Positions 50,102-57,506 of a stretch of DNA of 57,506 bases are shown here, in pieces. Position numbers and translations under genes: made by a program. The DNA lies in NCBI RefSeq assembly GCF_001194135.2, contig NC_068985.1:34706561-34764066 (forward strand), in the 5' to 3' direction. Source of the stretch: Octopus bimaculoides (Eukaryota). The notes beneath the pieces were generated by a model. The model made no database searches. It was not told the DNA's origin and was given only the letters and a program-made list of their open reading frames with translations. Each line of letters begins with the position of its first letter. Position 1 is the stretch's first letter.

Positions 50102-50185
50102 AAATTACGGAAGACTCTTTGGGAACAATTATTGGTTGTGTTATAGGAATTGTATTATTAATAATTTTGGTACTTCTTATAAGAG
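50102..50185 (+). CDS. Transmembrane exon (E)ITEDSLGTIIGCVIGIVLLIILVLLIR
   Basis: tatcttttcAG acceptor, AG|GTTGGT donor, 84 nt, phase 1-1, about 21 consecutive hydrophobic residues ended by Arg. Confidence 0.85.
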
Positions 50186-50269
50186 GTTGGTATATTTTAT
50201 ACATTATAAGTGTCTATCTGTCTATCTATCGAGAGACTTACACACACACACACACAGATATATATATAT

Positions 50270-50772
50270 ATATAATTTAGAGAAGAACCACTTAAATAAT
50301 TCAATAATAAAGAATGTAATTCATACCCTCTAGAAAATAAATATATCATAAAAACCTTATTCTAAAAATCAATAAAGTACATCACTGTCTCAGGAAGGAT
50401 GTAGTTTATAAGGGCATTGTGACCACCAATAATAATATCTTTCACTACACTGGAGCCACTGTTTCCCAATTTAAATGGAGATATTATAATCATGTCTACT
50501 CCTTCAAGATATATAATAAGCATAAGTGTACATCGCTGGTTGAGCTGGTTTGGGACTTAAAATTGAAGAGCACCTCATATACGATTTCTTGGTCTGTTGT
50601 GATGTCTGCTCTCCCCTACACAGGAGGAGGGGGAAGAGTGCAATCTTTGCACAGTTGAGGCTTTTGAGATATTAAAAAATCAGGGTAACATTATTAACAA
50701 AAGAAACGAAGTGCTTTATGCATAAAAATCACAGGACCGTTGCAAAACTCAGTTAGTTTAGTCCCCCTCTCC
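50270..50772 (+). mobile_element. Penelope-like fragment: inverted pseudo-LTR-like piece plus GIY-YIG 3' end
   Basis: 50270-50390 resembles 13255-13380; DVVYKGIVTT..YTGATVSQFKWRYYNHVYSF..TSLVELVWDLK..YTISW at 50398-50658. Confidence 0.78.
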
Positions 50773-52199
50773 TCACTCCATAAATATTTATTCCCTTCCC
50801 CAACGGCCCATTTCAACAGTTTATAGTAGCTTATGGGGCTTCACTGCATAGCATCCCAACACCTTCTCATGAGAATCCACCCACAAGGACATAAAAGGTT
50901 TTTATGCTCCTCCTAACCATCCTGCTTTTCACTTCTTCCTGCTCTGATATAATTACATTCTCCAGTTTGTGGCTTGGTCGTCCGATTGTCCATTTTGGAC
51001 ACTTACAACTTTTATATATTAAATACCTGCGTCTGGTTACACTACTAGCATTACACATCTACTTTAGCTAATCCTATTAGCCCTCATCAACTTATTTTTA
51101 ACATTCATATTTTAAATGTGTAAAGTGGAGTTTTGGTTCCACAAATGACCTTCTTCGTTTGATTCTGTTCACCTTTCGTAATTCAGTTCTCTAACCTTTA
51201 GGATTTGTAATGTTTTCTATTAATTTCTTTTATGGATTATATTCCAAAACTTTTCTTGTTTCTATTGATCTTATTGGTGTTTGCCTTCCTATCATTCTTT
51301 TCCAGGTTTCAACCTCCCGAAATAATATATATTTTTATAAGTTGTGGATTTTATAATATTTAGTTTTTCACATTTCACCTGATCCAACAAGAGCTTTAAA
51401 TATTTTTTTTGTTCCTCTCCCATATGTATTGCACTTTCTAGCTGTTTCTATTTCTATCTTTACCTTTATTTTTAACTTATGTAACAGAATTGATATATTT
51501 TATGCAACATACCCCACCACAACTTAATCTAAGATTTATACACACCCTTTCTCACGGAGGTTTAGACACTTACTGCAGATGTAATATGAGGTTTTACCAT
51601 TATGTTTTTCATTTTCCCTTTCTCACTCGATCCTTGACATTATTCAAAAAGAAAATAAATTTATATTTTATTTTTTTATATATACTCACATGTGCCTAGC
51701 CATATGTATGCACATATGTACACATATACACATGTACTGGCAGGTTACACAAATAGCCATATGTATATATGTGTACATACATATATACATGCATATAAAT
51801 AAAAAATTTTAAATGCGTGTGCATAACAAGCATCAAATAGTTGATAAGGGTGTATTAATGTGGTTATTAATGCAAGGTAGGTGTGTGAATAATAGTCAAA
51901 CATATATAAATGTTGCCAAGTGTGTACGTTCAAATGTTTGAATAATAGTCAAACAGTTATAAAAGTTAGCAATTGTGTATGCTCAAATGCTGGTAGAAGG
52001 TTACTACTGGTATGTACAAAAGGTTAATTAGGTGGTTGGTAAAGATAATGCTAAATTTAGGTATAATAGAGATAGATATTAATATAATTGATAGTTTAGT
52101 TAGGTAAGAGTTAGGGGAGAGGTAATTTATATTAGTGAAGCTAGGGAGTTTAAAGGGTTGTACAAATATTCCAGTGAGAGAAATAAATTAATTATTTAA

Positions 52200-54130
52200 A
52201 TTTAGAAAAATACATATTTTCCCGCTTGAACACACAATTTTTTTCTCATTTCTTAAGTTAAGTTGGGTATTCTTAGATCTAACAATAAGGAAAGCTTCAG
52301 TGATACAAAGATAACATATTTTCTTGTTGACTTTTTAAGCTGGTGTGGAAGCAATGATATCCCATTCAGTTTCAAAGTCAGTACTATTATCTTGTACTTC
52401 TCATATAAATTTACTTAATCCAGTGGAATTGGTTTTTCTGCTTATTTTTTAAAAGACTGGAGATGATTTGCCACCCGAGTCTCAACCTTATTTTCAGTCG
52501 AGCCAATAAAAATATAATTCTTGCCCTGAGCTATAACAGTGCATTGATAAACTACATATTTTCTTTTACATGAATTCTTAAATTTACTATTATTTTTAAC
52601 TCTACAATCACAATTTTCATAAATATTGTTATGTGTGGATCTATCAGAAGAATTCGTATTAGTAGTGTTAGTATGGGTTGTTATAGTTCCATTATTGAGA
52701 TTTATATGAGCATAATTATTAGGGTTAGTGAAATTTGGGAGATATATTTTAAGTTCAGGGGAGTTAGAATTATTATGGACATTTCTATTGGTGTAGAATT
52801 GCTTAATTTCCTGTTGTTAGTGGATGATATAATTGTAAATAAGTTAGGAGTGAGGCGAAAACCAATCTTGACAGTTTTGTGGTTTATGATTTTATTTATC
52901 ATGAATTTATTATTTGTATGATTTGTATTTATTATGAATGTTAAAGTATTTATGAATGGCTTTAAATATAGTTTTAACTATGTTATTTTTAATTTGCATT
53001 GAATATGGAATAATAAATCATATTTTATTAGATTTATCAGGGTGATTATTATTTATGCGTATATTAAAATCTATTTTAGGTTTTTTTAGAGTTAATGAAG
53101 TGGGTGTGTGGTTTAATATTATTACTATTCGAGGCATTATATGAATTAACAGTGGTGCTGGTATCATAAGTGATTAATTGATTATTGATAACACTATGTT
53201 TATTAATTATGTTATTTATCGTTGTAGAACTCATTACAATTGTAAATTGGTTATTTATTATTTATTTTGTGTATATGAGATAACTTAGTAATGGTTTTTC
53301 TATTATTATGTTTGATACTATTAGTTTGATTTAAAATAATCTTAGGTTTGTTATCGTTATCAATTCCTTATTTATGTAGTTGGGTTACTAGTTATATGCT
53401 TATTTTTAATTATATTACTATTTATGGTGGGATTATAAAATTTACCAGTTTTATTTATTTATTTGCTTTTTTGCTTGTAATTAATTATGCTATATTTATT
53501 AATGTTGCTAGGTTGATGGTATTCTATTTTATCTCTATATCCAGTGTTTGCTAGAGCTGTATTGTAGTGGTTCACATATCTATTAAATATTTCTTCATTA
53601 GAAGATAAATAGGTTAGTCTTTTACCAATGTTGGAGGCTAATGCATTCTTAATTGTTCTTGGATGGTTGCTTTGGCAGTTAATATAGCTTAAATTAGAAT
53701 TATGTCTTCTGAAAGGTTCATGCAATCTGGATGATAAATTGAAGTTAACATCTAAAAAGTTAATTGAATTATTATCCCTCTCAATAGATATAAAAAGACC
53801 ATGCCTTTTAAAAAACTTATAAAATCTTTTCTTAAATAGTTCTAATTTTCTATTGGATGCATTTTTTATGATAAAGAATGCATCGTCTCTATACAGTCCT
53901 CCCCTGATTTCAGGAAATTCATCATGAAGATAGATTCCAACAAGGTCAGACACTTGGGTGGAGTCTGCGATGCCCATTGTGATGTCAAAACGATTGGGAG
54001 TGTCCTTTCTAGTCTGAGACCAAATTTATCTAGATTTATAAATATAACTATATTCATACCAGCAAATAACTTGCACAATTCTCTCTCCTCTTTCATATTT
54101 TTTTTTAATATAAAAACGAAATGAAACACT
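52200..54130 (-). mobile_element. Degenerate Penelope-like retroelement (RT plus GIY-YIG)
   Basis: RT: MG..SDLVGIYL..GGLYRDD..INFLDVNF..YINCQSNHP..NIGKRL (53459-53977); endonuclease VVYQCTV..IGSTENK..RVANH..STGLSK..EW..CYLCITEA at ~52250-52570. Confidence 0.88.
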
Positions 54131-54949
54131 GACATTTATTATTCAGGCATAAAAATTTTAAGAAACCATTATGCTAATTTTACTTCTCCAGAAATGCTAT
54201 AGGGTATAAATAAATATTTAAAATGCCACTAACTAATCGAATTTAACAGAGCGAATGCCACGCATCCTTTTCCAAGTAAGTTTTATCTTAATATTACTAT
54301 GCGCACTCTTCTACTATCTCTCTCCCTCTCTTGTTCTTCATCCTTTCTGTTTTTCTCTCCCACTCTTTCCTTATTCTTCTTCTCTCCCTTTCACCATTTC
54401 CCCTCTCTCTCTCTCACTCCTCCTCTTCCTCCTTGACCATCTCGTTGCTGACACGTAACGAAAGGGGTTCTTTCTTTCTGCCCACTGGTATTCCTAAAGA
54501 ACATACGTGAATTTTTCTGTCTCTTCTACTTAGCGTTCATAATAATTTTTCTATCAGCTTGGCCCAACAGACCTCACCGTTTGTTTTAACTGTCGTATTT
54601 TTACTTGTTTTTACTGTTTTCATTGTTTTTACTGTCTTGTTCTCACTGTCCTGTTCTTGTTAACACTTTCACCCTCTGCAAAAAATTCAAAATTCTATTT
54701 AATCTGCTTTGCGGGAAGGACTGTTCCAACAAAGTTGCGTAATATCCTTGCCTTCGAAACGCAGAGTAGATGGACAGGAACAACTGACGAAGGGATATAC
54801 TCTTTATGTTGCATGTCTCGTTTCTCTGTTTGTTTTTTTTTTGTTGTTCGAAAAAAGTTCATTTTCTGTTTTCGTTTTTATGTTTTCGTTTTTCGTTTCT
54901 CATTGTGTTCACGTGTTTTAGATGTCCTGTACCCATATAGGTATGTATG

Positions 54950-55242
54950 TATACATATAGATGTAGGTATGTACATATATGTATGGATATNNNNNNNNNN
55001 NNNNNNNNNNNNNNNNNNNNNNNNNNNNNNNNNNNNNNNNNNNNNNNNNNNNNNNNNNNNNNNNNNNNNNNNNNNNNNNNNNNNNNNNNNTTAAGTTGAG
55101 GCACCAGAATTTAGTATGCTATTATCCATACAATTTCAAAATAAGGTGATTATAAGGTGATTGTTGCTTATTTTGATTATATGTATATATACATATGTAT
55201 ACATACATATATTCATATAGTATATATATGTGTATATATATG

Positions 55243-55287
<45 letters not shown>

Positions 55288-55314
55288 NNNNNNNNNNCTA
55301 TATCTATATCTATC

Positions 55315-55345
<31 letters not shown>

Positions 55346-55550
55346 ATATACATATGTATATTGTGAATATATATATATATACATGTATATATACATATGT
55401 ATATTGCGAATATATATATATGTATATATGTATGTATATCTATATCTATCTATCTATCTATCTATATATATATATACATGTATATTTATCTGCATCTATA
55501 TATTTATTTACATCTATATTCATGTGTATGTGTGTGTGTGTGTGTGTGTG
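54950..55550. repeat. (TA)n/(TATC)n/(TG)n microsatellite field with gaps
   Basis: Directly visible; source of Tyr/Ile-rich spurious ORFs. Confidence 0.9.
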
Positions 55551-55916
55551 TACTCCTACCATTGCTTGACGACTGATGTTGCTGGGTTTACATCTCCTTA
55601 ACTTAGCCGTTTGGGAAAACGCATGAATAACATAAGTACTAGGCTTACAAAAAATAAATCCTGAGGTCAATTTGTCCTTCTGAAGGCAGTGCTCCAGCAT
55701 GACCCCATTCACATTACTGAAACAAGTAAAACAACAAAGAACTATAACGTTTTAATCTCGAGATGAAACTTGAGATGAAATCGCTTCTGATAAAATTACT
55801 GCTGTAACTAATGGTAGTTATGTTTGATATAAAAAAATTGTTACACTTACTACTCTTACAAGACATGTTTAATATTGAATAACATTTCTATACACATCAC
55901 GTTTTTCTCTTTTCAG

Positions 55917-55935
55917 CTGTGATGTACAATAAAGT
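55917..55935 (+). CDS. Candidate 19-nt cytoplasmic micro-exon, (A)VMYNKV
   Basis: Strong acceptor gtttttctcttttcAG and perfect GTAAGT donor 19 nt apart; open in phase 1. No downstream partner exon identified. Confidence 0.4.
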
Positions 55936-57195
55936 GTAAGTATATAACATTTTTACCTGTTGTTTATTTGCAAAGTAGAGAGGAAATTTCTATCAAAGAT
56001 TAACTTTCAAATGCTTTGGCAATTTACAGAAATGTTGCAGTTTAGCTGAGGTTAAAAGGCATCTGAAATTTTCTTCCATACATGTTGTTGAAAATGATAT
56101 TAGCTATCAACTAATAATATTTTTCTTTTTGTGCTTGCCTCAATACACTTATGCATGTCAATGTTTTAATAATTAAATATGCTTTCAACTACATGTTTAT
56201 GTAATTATCACCTGGATAGCATTTGGTTTGAGTTTAATCAATAAGTATATTGTCTAGTGTGCCTAGTATTATATTAGATAAGCTATAATTTGCTTTGAAA
56301 TTTACATTAGCTGCTTTTTCAATACAGATTTTATTTTAAAAACTATTCCTTGTTTCTTGCTATGGATAGTAAGACAAGGAAAGTAAATTATATTGTAAAA
56401 GAGAGTTTTTGAGAGATGTGACATACAGTTACAGAAGTGTATGCTCTCATAATAGATTACTATTTACAGGGAAAAGGGAAAAGTTGGGTTGCTGTAGAAG
56501 CTAATTCTGGTGTGCATCAATGATGACAATTAGAAGGAATCTGTGTTTACACATTAAATAAGGTATCAGAAATAAAGAATTTGGTGCACTTGATAGATGA
56601 AAGACTGGGATGAGTGCAGGTCCATAGAAATGTGGTGAAAGTGGATGGTAAACATATTACAGTGATTTGCCTTGCCCTTTTTTGCTTTTGTTGAGAGACT
56701 TCAAGTAACTTTGGATGCCGTTGAGTTTCAGCTGCATGCTGGCACCAATGGCGGGGCTCTAACGTCCCTCTCCATGTTGAACATTCCAGCAGTGAGTTGC
56801 TGCTGGTGCTGTGCCTCCATGGCAATAGTCAGTTTCAGCTGCAATATCAGTAGCTCGATGTACAGAATGAACGTTGTCCAGAGGCAGATGTGGAGGGCCG
56901 TGTGAGTTGGCAAAGAAGTGAGTGGGAGCAGCAGTGTGGAAAAGGAAGGGGAAGACGAAAGGGTCTCCTGGGCCAACCAAGAGGTAGCGCAGCAAGGTGC
57001 ATGGGTAGTGTCCTTGTCTTTGCTGCAGCTGGCAGGGCTCATGTATTTAGGCTTTTGATACTACAGATGAAATGATCATATAATTAATGCTCCAAATGAC
57101 TGGGAGAATATTTGATTGATCTTGCTAATGGCTCTTCTTTTTGTAAGGAAAGCATTTTGTCAGAAACTTATTGTATATATGTGTGTGTGTATATT

Positions 57196-57506
57196 ATATC
57201 ATCATCATCATCATCATCGTTTAACGTCCGCCTTCCATGCTAGCATGGATTGGACGATTTGACTGAGGACTGGTGAAACCGGATGGCAACACCAGGCTCC
57301 AATCTAATTTAGCAGAGTTTCTACAGCTGGATGCCCTTCCTAACGCCAACCACTCAGAGAGTGTAGTGGGTGCTTTTACGTGTCACCCGCACGAAAACGG
57401 CCACGCACGAAATGGTGTCTTTTATGTGCCACCCGCACAAGAGCCAGTCCAGGGGCACTGGCAACGATCTCGCTCGAAAAACCTCATGTGTCACCCGCTC
57501 GAAAAC
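57196..57506 (-). mobile_element. RTE-clade LINE 3' end, same family as 22487-23240, running off the window
   Basis: (CAT)n tail, conserved 3' UTR, same gagccagtccaggggcactggcaacgat block. Confidence 0.75.

Larger units (their letters stand above)
5884..50185 (+). other. Multi-exon gene for a type I membrane Ig-superfamily protein: signal peptide, 8 Ig-like domains, TM helix; 3' end unresolved
   Basis: Ten exons join in one open frame with phase-1 junctions throughout (55+285+312+321+255+255+249+255+309+84 nt = 793 codons + 1 nt). Junction codons give Y-x-P hinge motifs (MK-Y-SP, IY-Y-PP, VE-Y-VP, LK-Y-PP), typical of tandem C2-type Ig domains. Confidence 0.88.

Noticed and set aside
18408-50185. 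Naming the gene nephrin, hemicentin, CD22/Siglec or Dscam
   Set aside because: Only the architecture is similar. No FN3 exon was seen before the TM, no Siglec-type F-strand Arg is evident, and I cannot run an orthology search, so no symbol is given.
51306-51325. Acceptor ttctttccAG followed by GFNLPK* as a terminal exon
   Set aside because: Very short and in repeat-like sequence; nothing distinguishes it from chance.
56600-57050. GC-richer segment possibly from a LINE C-terminus on the - strand
   Set aside because: Too degenerate to assign a family or frame with confidence.

Overview
AT-rich, microsatellite- and transposon-dense animal genomic DNA with many N gaps. The SINE and RTE-LINE repeats look like those of Octopus, but that assignment is inferred from repeat recognition only. 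The main content is one + strand gene, reconstructed by hand from splice sites. It has a signal-peptide exon (5884-5938), eight single-domain Ig-like exons (18408-47888) and a transmembrane exon (50102-50185). All coding junctions are phase 1, giving about 793 aa through the TM helix. The cytoplasmic part is unresolved; a candidate 19-nt micro-exon at 55917-55935 would encode an ITIM-like hexapeptide. One intron needs a GC donor. The introns are filled with decayed mobile elements: Penelope-like retroelements (one with a ~615-bp inverted repeat and hammerhead-like motifs), RTE, CR1 and RLE-type LINE fragments, mariner, Tigger, a Chapaev-like element with intact TIRs and TSD, a hAT-like MITE, a mini-Helitron and tRNA-SINEs. 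Most ORFs in the supplied track are microsatellite or gap artefacts. No rRNA, tRNA genes or CRISPR arrays were seen.
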